From the NCBI RefSeq assembly GCF_009914755.1, contig NC_060934.1: a stretch of DNA of 64,000 nucleotides. One strand, 5' to 3'. Below are positions 42,746 through 58,029 of this stretch, in pieces (positions within the stretch are counted from its first letter, which is position 1; every line of letters begins with the position of its first letter). The translations under genes were made by a program, and so were the position numbers. Source of the stretch: the human T2T-CHM13v2.0 reference genome, Homo sapiens. A model generated the notes under the pieces. The model was given only the letters and a program-made list of their open reading frames with translations. It did no database searches and was not told the origin of the DNA.

Positions 42746-43870
42746 ATGTTACAATGTGCTTTTCAGGAAAACAATATACCAGGTGCCACACTCTGAAACC
42801 ATTGTTCCAGGAAACCATTTTTAAGAAATGTAATAATTTACTAAGAAAACTAACATTTAAAACATTGTAGCAATGGAGATTTTAAAATAATTTTAACGTT
42901 CTTAAAGCAGCCACATACTTCAATCATTCATATGGTAAATACTTATTGAGCATGGTTAACTATAGGACATACTTCTTATTCAATTGATACATTACCATCA
43001 TATCAATGAGGTTCTCTATTAGAAAAAAAAAATTTAAGGTTAGTATAGGCTATCCCTAAAACAGCATTTCTTTGCTTTCAAAATCCATTTATTTTACAAC
43101 CTCAGATTAGCTTTCTCCCATTCTTTCACTTCTGAGATTTGACTGCACAGGATTGCATAAGATGTATGTATATTTAACATAATAAAACATAATTGTAGTT
43201 AAGCCACAAGGAAGAAATCTTTCTATCCAGCTTGGCTGTTACCACTGCTTTGTGCTTAGTGGAAAAATAATACATATCCTGAAATTTAACATTCAAAACA
43301 GGCTTGATGCCTTAAAAGGGAGCATACTTTGTAAAGTAAATATTTAAACACCAGTATCCATTTAACTTTAACTTTCTAAAACCCTATTTCATATATCTAG
43401 AATAAAGTACAGTGCAAGTTTTCTTAATCAAATGCTATTTAACCAATTTACCAGAAAAACCAATGCTCTCCATTTCCTCTACAAAACACACTGATTGATG
43501 GCCAAAACATGCTGGAAATTTGCAACTATAGACACCTCTGCAGCAGGCAATTACAATTAAGTTTTCTGCTTACCAAGAGCCAGTTGCACTTGTTTCCAAA
43601 TGTATTTATGCTGGTTCTATGTGTTCCTTTACTTATGTAATTTAATCAAGTATTATATAAACCAATATAAGTGTAAGATGAGTGCAAGAAGAGAATTGTT
43701 TCTATAAAAACTTAGTCAAGTGTTTGAATTGCCTTTGAATTTAATATGTGTAGGTTAAGTGTAAAATTTTAGAAGTTTTTCATAAAATTACAGAATGTAG
43801 AAAAGTTCTTTATTCATCAGCTTTGTAAATGTCTTTAAATTCCTTAAATAATCTGCTTTAAAGATAATGA

Positions 43871-45057
<1,187 letters not shown>

Positions 45058-45090
45058 TGAGGCTATGGCTCTGCCTAAAAGATTGGCTAA

Positions 45091-46225
45091 TCACATCAAG
45101 CTAAAAAGCTCTTGCACAGCAAAGGAAACAATCAACAAAATGAAGAGACAACCAGAGTGGGAGAAAATACTTGCACAACTATCTGACAAGGGATTAATAA
45201 CCAGAATATGTGAGGAACTCAAATGACTATAGGAAAAAAATCTAGTCTGATTTTCAAATGGACAAAAGATTTGAATAGACATTTCTCAAAAGAAGACAAA
45301 CAAATGGTAACCAGGCATATGAAAATGTGCTCAACATCACTGATCATCAGAGAAATGCAAATCAAAACTATAATGAAACATCATCTCACCCCGTTAAAAT
45401 GGCTTTTATCTAAAAGACAGGCAGTAACAAATGCTGGCAAGGATGCTGAGAAAAGGGTACCCTATACACAGTGGGAATGTAAATTAGTACAACCACTATG
45501 GGGAACAGTTTGGATGCTCCTCAAAAAACTAAAAATAGAGCTACCATATGATCCAGCAATCCCACTGCTAGGTATATACCCAAAAGAATGGAAATCAGAA
45601 TATTGAAGAGATATCTGCACTCCCATGTTTATATCAGCACTATTAACAGCCAAGATTTGGAAGCAACCTACGTGTCCATCAACAGACAAATAGATAAAGA
45701 AAATGTGGTACATATACACACTGGAATACTATTCAGCCATAAAAAAGAATGAGTTCCTGTCATTTGCAACAATATGGATGGAACCAGAGGTCATTAAGTT
45801 AAGTGAAATAAGCCAGGCACAGAAAGACAAACATTGCAAGTTCTTACTTACCTGTGAGAGCTAAAAAGTGAAACAATTTAACTTACAGAGAGAACAGAAT
45901 GATGGTTACCAGAGGCTGGGAAAAGTAGTAGGCAATGCAGGGGGAGTGTGGATGGTTAATGGGTACGAAAAGATAGAAAGAATAAGATCTAGTATTTGAT
46001 AGCACAACAGGGTGACTACAGTCAACAATAATTTATTATTATTTTAAAATACTAGTATAATTGGATTGATTCTAACACAAAGAAAGGATAAATGCCTGAG
46101 GTGATGAATACCCCACTTACCCTGATGTGATTATTAGTGTATGACTGTATCAAAATATCTCATGTACCCCATAAATACATACACCTACTATGTACCCCCC
46201 AAAATTTAAGATTTAAAAATATTTT
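45091..46225 (+). mobile_element. 5'-truncated L1MA (L1MA2/3-like)
   Basis: ORF 45223-45606 matches the L1 ORF2 C-terminus ([40 protein letters not shown]); L1MA 3' UTR; TSD core tggctaa. Confidence 0.92.
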
Positions 46226-46261
46226 AAAATGGCTAAAGCAGTACATGCATGTATTGTTATT

Positions 46262-46425
46262 ATTTCTCACTTTTTTCAGCTTTACTGAGGTATAATTGAT
46301 ACATAAAAATTGTACATATTAAAGGTGTAAATGTGATGCTGTGATTTACACTTACATTGTGAAATGATTACCACAATCAAGCTAAGTAACACACCATTAC
46401 CTCATAGTTACCTTTTTTGTTGTTC
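46262..46425 (-). mobile_element. L1MA9/L1MB-like 3' end
   Basis: cagctttactgaggtataattga...cattgtgaaatgattaccacaatcaagcta. Confidence 0.75.
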
Positions 46426-46494
46426 TAGTTGACTTTTTCATTTAACCCACAACTAATTTTAAGAGTATAGAGTAAGAATGGTTCTGCTTAATTG

Positions 46495-46943
46495 ATGCTT
46501 CCTGTCCCCAAGGATGCAGGTCGCAGAGATGCCCAGGTCCTGCACCTAGGAGGGCGGCCTCAGGTGCCCCGGGGAGTTCCCGCCCCGCCAACTCAGAAGG
46601 GGTGGGGTTCCTGCTTGTCCTGGCTCCTGCCTGCTCCGTGGAGCCGGAGGCCCAGGTCTGCAGCCGCGGTTCAGGAGGCTGCAGCTGCACCTGGGAGGGC
46701 AGATCTTGCCTGCTTCTGGGCCCAACTCCAAGGGAACAGGGAGGCTCGGATCCACAGCAGCAGTTTGGGTGGCTGTGGCCCCGCCCAGGAGGGCGGAGCG
46801 CCTGCCTGCTCCGTAGAGCAGGAGGCCTGGGTCTGCGAAAGGGCTTTGGGCGGCTGCAGCAGCGCCTGGGGAGCTCCCGCCCCAACTCAGAAGGGGCGGG
46901 GTTCCCACTGGCTCCATGGAGGGTGCAGCCCCAGCTGGGCCTA
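46495..46943 (-). mobile_element. MER52-family LTR internal fragment
   Basis: GC-rich internally repeated units (cccgcccc..aactcagaaggggcggggttccc; cctgcctgctccgtggagc..gaggcc..ggtctgc) as in MER52. Confidence 0.75.
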
Positions 46944-49408
46944 CCTTAAAATGCCAGGGTAATGAGACCACATGATACAAAATACAGTGATGTATTAATA
47001 AGGAAACACTTTATATAGCTTTTCTCAAAAGAGGGTGAATGGCAGGCCCTCATGTCATCATGGCAATACATTGGGGTACAGAATCAATAAATCAATACAA
47101 ATTTAAACCACAATATATAATGAATAATTATAATAAAATTGAGAGTCCAGACTTGTCTGAGCTTGTATTGATAAAATTACCAAATTTGAGTAAAAGGATA
47201 AAGAGGGGAGAAAAAACATTAAAAAAGTAGATGTGTATTTTTAAATGCATAGAGATTCCCCCATTTTAAATCACCATTGCAATATGAATAGCTTTTTAAA
47301 TATGTATTTATTTTTTCAGATGAATCCCTCTCCCTTTATTTCTGTTCTTTTTTTACATTAGAAAAATCTGACTATTTTTTAAGTGATGAAAAAAATTTGC
47401 AAACACACATTATGAAATATTAAGAATCTTGGGACTCACTGACCACTTCAGTGATTATGAAAACTGTAAACTATTTTTAAAAGCAGATTTTTCACTGTTC
47501 TTCATTAAGTCTGATTACCTTGCCCATTAGCATTTGGCTCTTTTATTATGATGATTGTGAAATACTGTAGATGTTACCACTAATGGATAAAAAACTTTAC
47601 ATGGTTATCTTGATTAACTCATCAATAATCATTTGGAATAATTTTTCTTCATTCAGTGAATGGATCATTCACATGCCCTAGAATAATTGTCTACATTGAG
47701 GTGCATGAAATTAGCATAAAAACTATCTACCCTAGAGAGCTAGTTTTCACTTCTAACACCACTAAAAGTTAATTCAGACTAACATTTGAAGGCTTTATCA
47801 AGTGAGTGAAAGAAAGAAATATGATTCTTTGGCCATTTTCTCTATAATGCTATTACACAAACAGCCTTCCATTTTTAGGGTCCCACACTTACAAATAAAG
47901 AGCAAGATTAGAAATGTAACAGCATACCTAAATCTTCCTTCTTGCTATTTCATTTTTGATAAGGGAAAAATATCAAGAAGCTTTTATAAAACAATATAAT
48001 AGTGACTCCCAGTAAATAGAAAAATTATACAAGTGTATTATTCCACATTCTTCTTTCTTTGATGAAGAAAGAAAATGATAGCATTTCAAGTCTTGTTCTT
48101 AGAATGGAGTTCAGATTTTAAGTGAGTTTTACATAGTTTGGGATTTGTGTCTCAGCTACTACCAGAACAACTTAGAAACAGAAGACCTTGGTTCTAGTAG
48201 GTTTCTTATAGATCAGCTGATCCAATCCAGACGAGAAAACTGAGAGAGACTGTGTAATTAACCAGGACCTCTCATCCAGATCTTCTGACTTGATCCAATA
48301 ATTGCTTTTTTAAACCACAAGTCATCACTAACACAAATATCCTGAATCTGGCAGGAATCCAGACAAAACAAGAGTATGGAAAAGGTAGCTAAGGGAGATA
48401 GAAACTTCCAGATTAATTTTTCCCCTGAATTATAGCACGTGACAATCTCTCTTTAGCCAGGCTCGGGAATGTACTGATCCTAGTTGGTCTCTGTTCTCTT
48501 TCAGGAACTGAGACAGTGAATCCAGCTGTTGTCTTATCTCATAAAGGCCTTGCTTGGCACCATGAGTCAATTTGTTTTCAGGCACAGGTGACCATATCAA
48601 TAGTGACTAATATAATCTAAGATATGATTTCTGGTTCTCCTTCACTTACAGTTTTCCTAAGTTGATTGAAATTAATGATAACTAGTCCAAGATCACTGAT
48701 TACATTCCTCCATGGACAGGCTGTTTTCAGGGAATTCAGTTACACGGCCAGATTGAACCTTGAACTCTGACTGGGCATCTCACAAACAGATTCCCTAGTT
48801 GACAATGAAGAGAGAATATGGTGGGTCAGTGACACACACAAACTTGGCATTACAGGGCAGGTGACATTGATCTGGATGATTTTATATATAACTAGGTAGT
48901 GATACCTTTGGGATTTTGGAACTAATCCACAAAATCCATAAAGCTGGCATGTATGGGGCAATTGCTGGCAACAGAAATACAATGTGAGCTACATATAGAA
49001 TTTTAAATTTGCTAGGTACCACATTTAAAAAGGTAAAAAACAAAGGTGAAACTAATTTTAGTAATATATTTTATTTGACACAATATGTCTAAAATATAAT
49101 TTCAACTTGTAATAAACATAAAAAATATTAATTAAATATTGTACATTCTTTTATTTGAACAAAATCTTCAAAATCCAGTGTGGATTTTATAGGTACAAAA
49201 TATCTCAATTTATATGCCTAGAACTACTTTATCTGATTTAGATTTCATAAACTATACCATTTAAAAAGCAGATTTTTATGCCCAAGTTGTTCCGAAAACA
49301 CTAAAAGTTTTCCAATCATTCCATCAAGTATTCAAAAATCATTTTCCTTTAACATTTGCATTTACATTGACAAACTGGTTCTTTTAAAAAATAAAAAAAA
49401 AATTTGCT

Positions 49409-49759
<351 letters not shown>

Positions 49760-50411
49760 TCAATTTCAAAACCACATTCATTTAACTACATTCAGTTACG
49801 TGAATTGTTACTCCCGTGTCTGCTCAAGATTAATATCAAATTTTAAAAGTATTTAATAAATTGAAATACAACTGTAAATTTATCAATATCAACAAAGTGT
49901 TCAAATTTTCCTTGTACTTTTGACAATTTTCATGAAAATATTCTGCATATTAATTCATACTCTAGAAAGTATAAAATCACTATTGATTTGTATTACAAAA
50001 AGTTTCTATTTCAATATAAATTGTTCTATCTGTCTAGTTAGGTCACAAACAAGTTTTACCTTTCCTTGGAACTTCAAATTTAGCTCATTCATATGTGGTG
50101 TGATATCAGTGAGAAAATGTAAATCACACTGCCACTTTTGTCTTTAATAATTGAATGTTTGGCAAGCATTCTTTTTGTTTCAAGAAAATTAGAGCTAACA
50201 ATACAGTAAATCTGTAAAGCTCTTCCACAGCTCAACTAATGAGCATTGCCAAAGAATACAAGATCACTCAATTCATTGTCTTCTGTTTCTTTCAACAGTT
50301 CCATAAACTGCCAATGATTAATAGCATTTGCACACACATATGAAAGGATGTTAACAACTATATCATAACACTTTCATACAGTCTGTACCAGCAAACCACA
50401 CAAATATTTTC

Positions 50412-51757
50412 TTTTTCTTTTTTTTTCTTTTTTTTTTTTTAGTATTTATTGATCATTCTTGGGTGTTTGTCGGAGAGGGGGATGTGGCAGGGTCATAGGA
50501 TAATAGTGGAGAGAAGGTCAGCAGATAAACACGTGAACAAAGGTCTCTGGTTTTCCTAGGCAGAGGTCCCTGTGGCCTTCCATAGTGTTTGTGTCCCTGG
50601 GTACTTGAGATTAGGGAGTGGTGATGACTCTTAAGGAGCATGCTGCCTTCAAGCATCTGTTTAACAAAGCACATCTTGCACAGCCCTTAATCCATTTAAC
50701 CCTGAGTTGACACAGCACATGTTTCAGAGAGCAGGAGGTTGGGGGTAAGGTTATAGATTAACAGCATCCCAAGGCAGAAGAATTTTTCTTACTACAGAAC
50801 AAAATGGAGTCTCCTATGTCTACTTCTTTCTACACAGACACAGTAACAATCTGATCTCTCTTTCTTTTCCCCACATTTCCCCCTTTTCTTTTCGACAAAA
50901 CCACCATTGTCATCACGGCCCATTCTCGATGGTCACTGTCTCTTCAGAGCTGTTGGGTACACCTCCCAGATGGGGCGGCCGAGCAGAGGCACTCCTCACT
51001 TCCCAGACGGGGTGGCCGGGCAGAGGCGCTCCTCACCTCCCAGACGGGGTGGCGGCCGGGCAGAGGTGCTCCTCACATCCCAGACGGGGCGGCCGGGCAG
51101 AGGCGCTCCCCACTTCCCAGACAGGGTGGCGGCCGGGCAGAGGCGCTCCCCACATCCCAGACGATGGGCAGCCGGGTGGAGGCACTCCTCACTTCCCAGA
51201 CAACGGGCAGCCGGGCGGAGGCGCTCCTCACTTCCCAGACGGGGCGGCCGGGCAGAGGGGCTCCTCACATCCCAGACAATGGGTGGCCAGGCAGAGACGC
51301 TGCTCACTTCCTAGACGGGGTGGTGGGTGGGCAGAGGCTGTAATCTTAGCACTTTGGGAGGCCAAGGCAGGCAGCTGGGAGGTGGAGGTTGTAGCAAGCT
51401 GAGATCACGCCACTGCACTCCAGCCTGGGCAACATTGAGCACTGAGTGAGCGAGACTCTGTCTGCAATCCCAGCACCTCGGGAGGCTGAGGCGGGCAGAT
51501 CACCCGAGGCCAGGAGCTGGAGACCTTTCCGGTCAACATGGGGAAACCCCGTCTCCACCAAAAATACAAAAACCAGTCAGGAGTGGCAGGGCCTGCCTGG
51601 AATCCCAGGCACTCGGCATGCCAAGGCAGGAGAGTCACGGGAACCCGAGGCAGGGAGGTTGCAGCGAGCCGAGATCATGGCAGTACAGTCCAGGCTCAGC
51701 AAGAGAGGGAGACCGTAGAAAGAGGGAGAAGGGGAGGGGGAGGGGGAGGGGGAGAAG
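50412..51757 (-). mobile_element. Full-length SVA (SVA_A-like) nested in Charlie5
   Basis: Poly-T, SINE-R (~50440-50875), short VNTR (~50960-51335), Alu-like domain, hexamer-like (CCCCCT)n end; TSD caaatattttc at 50401-50411 and 51758-51768. Confidence 0.95.
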
Positions 51758-52286
51758 CAAATATTTTCAATATACATCATATAAGGGAAATATCAGTCAC
51801 TTATTTTAAAAATCCAATAAATTCATTTTCAACCTAACACAGTTGGAGCATCATCTATCATTATAAAAAGTATTTTTCTTTCAATTCTACCTTGAACACT
51901 CTGACAAATGTAAAAGACTCAGAAATTATGTACATTATGAGTTTAATGTTAAGGCACAAATTTTCAACATTTCTTTGAAATATGGAAGCCCCTTGAGACA
52001 AAATATACCTGAAGAAATTAATTGGATAGTGTCTCTTATGTTGCATAGCCTCTGAAGCTAAAGAAAAGTACTTGTAATTTTTCAAATTTTGAATCACCTG
52101 ATCATTTATATTGTTGAAAGTTCATGTTTAGGCAATTGTTTAATGACTTATTTTTTAAATCTTTTAGTTTTTATTCATAAAATCTTTTACTTTCTGTAAA
52201 ATATGTTTTACTCTCTATCCTCATAATTTACTAACAATTTCCATAACTAAACTCATAATTTATTTTACCATTTTTCCAGCTAAATG

Positions 52287-52307
52287 GTGTGTGTGTGTGT
52301 GTGTGTG
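52287..52307 (+). repeat. (TG)n microsatellite
   Basis: Directly visible. Confidence 0.9.
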
Positions 52308-53737
52308 TTTGTATATGTAAAATCTTTTATTGGACACTTAATTCCAATTTCAGGTGACTTCTCTTATCAACTTTTTTACTGTTTAGAGGAAACTTCTTAC
52401 CAAAATTCAGTATGTATTTCCTGAAAATGTCTCTTAATATTGTCCACTTTATTATCTTAGGAAAGAATTATACAATAAACAGCTCTGCCACAGCAAATTG
52501 CAATTGCCATTCACTGTGAAACTGGCAACATACCTTCTTCCAGTCTCTTCTTTACTGTTGTACTACTTCTACATCTCCATTTGATTCTCCATTAGTAGCA
52601 TGCCTTCATTTGAAATCTAAAATTCATTCATACTTATTTTCTAAGTAGAAAAAAAGTTTAATTATACTATAATTAAAATACTAAGTATTTTAATTTATAT
52701 GAGTATCACTTTAACTCATGCTGCCTGCATACAGTATTCAAATAAACACGTTCTTGTGTCACATCAATGCATAGAAAAGAATAATTTGAACTGAATCCCA
52801 ACTACTCGATTATGTGTTTATATGTAACATTAGAAACAACACAGACGCATGACAATATAATATCTGACACTGCAATGGTTAATGTGAAACGCAGTCCTAC
52901 CAGAGAAATGAGTTTATTACAGGAAAAAATATACTGCTTCAGTTTTTAAATATAAATTAGTTAAAATTAAATAATATTAAAAATTCAGTTCTTCAGTTGT
53001 CCTGCTCACATTTCAAATGCTCAACAGCCACCTGTGGCTGGTGGCAACTATTTTACACAACACAATTGTAGAGCTTCTTGGACAGTATCTAGTTCGAGAA
53101 CAACTGATCCATGTTTATTGTTGCTAGTCTTTTTAAGTAAATTTAAATTTCAGTTTAAGCTTTAGAGGCTTTAAAGTTTTTCTCACAGCCCTTGCTTGCT
53201 TCTCTGGAAGCTGCCGCTTGCAGAGGATTAGGAAGTAATTCCAATAATAGATAACGCATTCAGGCTTCCACTGCAGAAGTAGAAAAGAATGAGAAAACAT
53301 TTATACACTTGCCCATACTTTCTACTTTTAGAATATTAAGAACTGGTTACATCTTCTTTAAAAACTGTGAAATAAACAGAAAAAAAGATAGTTTTTAAAA
53401 GTGCAAGTGTCTTTACATTTGTTAAATTAGTAAAAACCGGTTACTTTTTCTTACATCTTTGTTTATTGTTCTTTTACCAATAGGATGCCCAAGCCCTTTT
53501 CACAGCATCAGTTCAGCTGCTTGCAGATTAAATCCAGTTGCTCCCTTATCTTTAGTTCTTTTGACCCGTGCCTCACCTACCAACAAGAGCTAAAACTGTC
53601 TTGATGACTTTGAATAGCAACAACAAAAAAATGAGCAGAATATTTAGCATACATAATAATAAAAACTCTGAATTTCAATAATGTAAAATGATGCATTGCT
53701 TTTAACAATGAAAAACTAGAAACAATTAAACAGTAGA

Positions 53738-54360
53738 GGTCAAGCATGGTGGCTCACACTTGTAATTCCAGCACTTCGGGAGGCTGAGGCAGAAGAATCC
53801 CTTGAGGCTAGGAGTTCAAGACTAGCCTGGGTGGGCCAGGGGCAGTGGCTCAGGCCTGTAATCCCAGCACTTTGGGATGCCAAGGCAGGCAGATCACCTG
53901 AGGTCAGGAGTTCAAGACCAGCTTGGCCAACTTGGTGAAACCCCATCACTATAAAAATACAAAAGTAGCCAGGTGTGGTGGCATATACCTGTAGTCCCAG
54001 CTACTCGGGAGGCTGGGACAGGAGAATCGCTTGAACCTGGAAGGAGGCCGCAGTGAGCCAAGCTCATGCCTCAGCGAGACAGAACAAGACTCTGTCTCCA
54101 AAAAAAAAAAAAAAAAAAAAAAATGACAGACTACTAGCCTGGGCAACATAACGAGACTCCATCTCTACAAAAAAAATTTTAAAATTTGCCAGGTGTGGTA
54201 GCATGTGCCTGTAGTCCCAAGCTACTCAGGAGGCTGAGGCAGGAGGATTGCTTGAGCCCAGGAGTTTGAGGCTACAGTGAGCTATGACTATACCACTTCA
54301 CTCCAGCATGGATGACAGAGAAAGACCCTGTCTTGAAAAAAAAAAAAAAGAAAGAAAAAA
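53738..54360 (+). mobile_element. AluJ interrupted by a younger Alu
   Basis: Left part 53738-53831; resumes at ~54130 (ctagcctgggcaacata). Confidence 0.9.
53834..54123 (+). mobile_element. AluS nested in the AluJ left arm
   Basis: Duplicated actagcctggg on both sides; internal deletions in the right arm. Confidence 0.9.
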
Positions 54361-54361
54361 A

Positions 54362-54699
<338 letters not shown>

Positions 54700-55120
54700 T
54701 CAAGCTTTAGAAATGAAAAAGTTAATGAATATTTATTGGCAGGGAAAGATGCTTATAATAATGTACTAAGTAAAAAAGCAAATTCTATAACAATATATAC
54801 TGTATGATCTCATTTATGTTCTAAAATGTGTGTATATAGTATATATTATATATGTGTACACATGTGTATCTTAAAATATAAAGATCTGAAAAGTGTAACA
54901 TGTTTCTTAACCCTTTAAATTTCACTCTTTAACATGGGTGTTTTTATTTCCTTCTTTTTGTTTTTCTGTACTTTATATAATAAAAGCACATTTTATGTTT
55001 TTATATTTTAAAACATAATAATATTTATTATTTTTTTCTCTCTATTGTAGTTTCTATATCTGCCATTACTATTTGTTTCTAATTCACTGAAAGCCCTTCC
55101 TTACAGGTAAATAACCATTT

Positions 55121-55326
55121 TTTTTTATACTTTAATTTTTAGGGTACATGTTCACAACATGCAGGTTTGTTACATATGTATACATGTGCCGTGTTGGTGT
55201 GCTGCACCCATTAACTCGTCATTTACATTAGGTATATCTCCTAATGCTATCCCTCTCCCTCCCCCCACCCCACGACAGGCCCTGGTGTGTGATGTTCCCC
55301 TTCCTGTGTCCAAATGTTCTCATTGA
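55121..55326 (-). mobile_element. Short 5'-truncated L1PA (L1PA3-5-like)
   Basis: Low-divergence L1PA 3' UTR; TSD taaataaccattt at 55108-55120 and 55327-55339. Confidence 0.93.
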
Positions 55327-58029
55327 TAAATAACCATTTTTATACCTGAGCTCTCCCTTCACCCTCTCTGGCATTTTGAAATCACCAGACAACATGAGAC
55401 ACAGGTCAGAAACTATTTAGGTGGATTTGTCGACAGTGTCCTAAAAACCCTGCTCTGTGTATGTCGTGAGATTTTGAGAATTACAGATTTGGGTCATTTC
55501 CCAGTAACTTGCCCCTTTTATGAGCCCAGCTTGGGCAGTATAAGCAAAGAAGAATGTTTCAAGAAGACTGAGTCCCCAAAATTCCATGTGAGTACCTGAC
55601 CACCCCGAAACGCAGTGTGTTGTCCACTCCGGAGAAACCCGCTCTTGCTGAGTGCTGAGCACCTCAGTCCTTGGCCTCTTTGCCCTGCCTCTGTCCTCTC
55701 TCTAGCTCTCTTTCTTACAGGCAGAGACTGATACCTTCTTTCCCATCAGCGCTTCATCTTATGACTAGAGCATGTTTCTTAGCCAAAGGATTGTGAGTCA
55801 AGGCCCCAGAAACTCGTCAAGGAGGACATGTGTAGTTAATAAAGGAAACTATCATTTCATTTGACAACAGGATGCCAGCCCTCAAGGAGGTCATGGACCA
55901 GTTTAGGAAGCAAAGGGATATACATGCAACCTGTCTTAGGAAAACTTACCAATAAACAAGCACAAAATAGTGCAGAATAGATTGGATTCTTTCAGTGTGG
56001 AGGGAGATGAGATCAACGTGGGGTTGGATCAATACCAAAAAGCTTTAACTGGGGACATTGAGGCTGGCTCAATTATGCTCAGAAGGTTCTTTCATGGAGC
56101 AATTTCATGGGAACCAGGGATTGTCCAACCCAAAAGTCCCTAATCTCTGGACACCGACTGCCCAACTTTCCCAGATAAATAATTCCTCTGAGTTGAAGCT
56201 CCAAAGGCCACTATTAATCTGGAAATGTTAATAAAAAGGGTTAACATATTTGGCTATCAGCCTTTAGTTACCACTGATTTATTACTGGATTATTAGTTTA
56301 GATGCCCAGTCACCTGGCAAGGTTTGAGGAGGTAGAACCCGGATAGAAACATCTTGATGGAGAGAGGGTGAGCTGAGAACCCAGGACACTGGCCCATAGC
56401 ATGCTCAGGGCGGAATAGCAAAAAGGCAGAAAGATGGCTCAGGACCCAGAGCAGGGAAGAAGCCAAAAGACCAACAATGCCTGTTGAGAAGCCCTGGAGA
56501 GCGAGGCCATCAACGGGTGGGCAAAGAGGAAGGGAAAGAAAAAGCGTGCCCCAGCCTGCTGGAGGCATTTGGAGTTCACAGGGCCGCTCATTCGCCACCC
56601 CAATTAAAGGCTTTCTGCTTCGTGCCTCGCCTTGCTGTGGTTTTTCCAGACAGAAGTGGCTTTGTTACTGGGTGAGCACCGGGGCCTGGAAGCAGCTGTG
56701 AGTATGTGGACTTCCTGGTTGCAGCCTTTCTCCTCTGAATGCTTCTCTGGGACCTCTTGGTCCGGAGCCTTTTATCTCCCGTGTTTCATCTGATTCTCAC
56801 TGAGTATATTCTGTAATTTGCTTTGTCAACTGCCGCTTCCAAGGAATCATTCTCTCTTGATCTTTCACTCTTCAATCCCTTTTTTTGTTCTGTCCAAAAC
56901 ATAATTTTTAATTAATGTTTTAGCTTAAAATGTATCAAAGTTCAAAAGTCAAATAGTCTAAAATGTTTCACCAAAAAGGGCAGTTCCTCGCCTTTCCCAT
57001 CCCACCCACATGCAACCACATCATCTCTGAGTGATTTTTTTTCTTCTAATTTATCCCAAATCTTTACATAATACAAATATACTGCTACCACTTGATTTAT
57101 CAATTTTAAACATCATCTACTGACTTCTTATAGCAGAGGAAGATATTAGCACTCTCAAATACCCTTCACCCCCTTCATTCTCCCAACTAGTTACCTCATA
57201 ATTTGAGGGTTAATCTATTTTGAGTGTTTTAGTTATTATGATTAAGTACTGTTTTCTCCTAGTTTACTGTGATCATGGTAGTATGCTATGATTAATTACA
57301 TTCTTGAAACGTTTTTGTTTTTCCTGGAGTTCACAATTACTTCTTTTTTCCAAATGTTTAGTTAAAAAATATGAACTGTCTTATGATTTTGTGAGTCCTT
57401 CCTGGGCAAGGGCCATGTAGTGGTGCCTTTTCTTTTCTCAGCTGTAGTGCACATGTAACCAAATAAATATTCTCATGACTGTTTCCCTTTCACTCAAAAT
57501 CCCATAAAACTACAGGTCCTATTTGATGACAAAAATTATCTCCAATCACAGGACCAACACTGAGCCCTACGCATAAGCAGTGCTCCGTAAATATTTCTAA
57601 CTTGATTTACTGTCCATGGTCCATGATCTTGTGCTGTGTACAGCTCCCACCAATACCTTCACATATTCTGTAATAAACCAAGTTTTACTCATCAAAGTTC
57701 AGCACAATGAGATAAGGATGCACACACATCATACGAAGTGTAATGAGTCTTTTGCACTGCCTCTCAAGCATATTCCTGTATAAGGCAACTGTAGCTCTAT
57801 CACCTGGAGCTAAGACTTCCAGAAACCCTATCCTTCTTCTCTTGGAAAAAGTATCTTGTACCCACTTTCTGTAATAGAAACCAACATTTACTATCAGTAA
57901 CTCTTTCAAAAACCTCACTCATACTGACTCATTTAATCCTCAAAACTGCCCTCAAATGCTGAGAATGTTTTTCTGAGAAGGAGGAATGACAGGGATAAAA
58001 TATTACTAAAATTGGATCATTCCCAGATT

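Noticed and set aside
45223-45606. 127-aa ORF with real protein similarity
   Set aside because: Decayed L1 ORF2 C-terminus in a truncated L1MA, not a host gene.
46442-46980. Overlapping 115-156 aa ORFs resembling a CpG-island exon
   Set aside because: GC-rich MER52 LTR sequence is stop-poor in all frames.
50907-51402. Repeat-unit array with repetitive ORFs, superficially CRISPR-like
   Set aside because: It is the SVA VNTR; there are no unique spacers or cas genes, and the DNA is primate.
51861-52097. ORF with hAT transposase-like FSLA motif as a possible domesticated gene
   Set aside because: Frameshifted, with stops nearby, and interrupted by SVA and Alu insertions.
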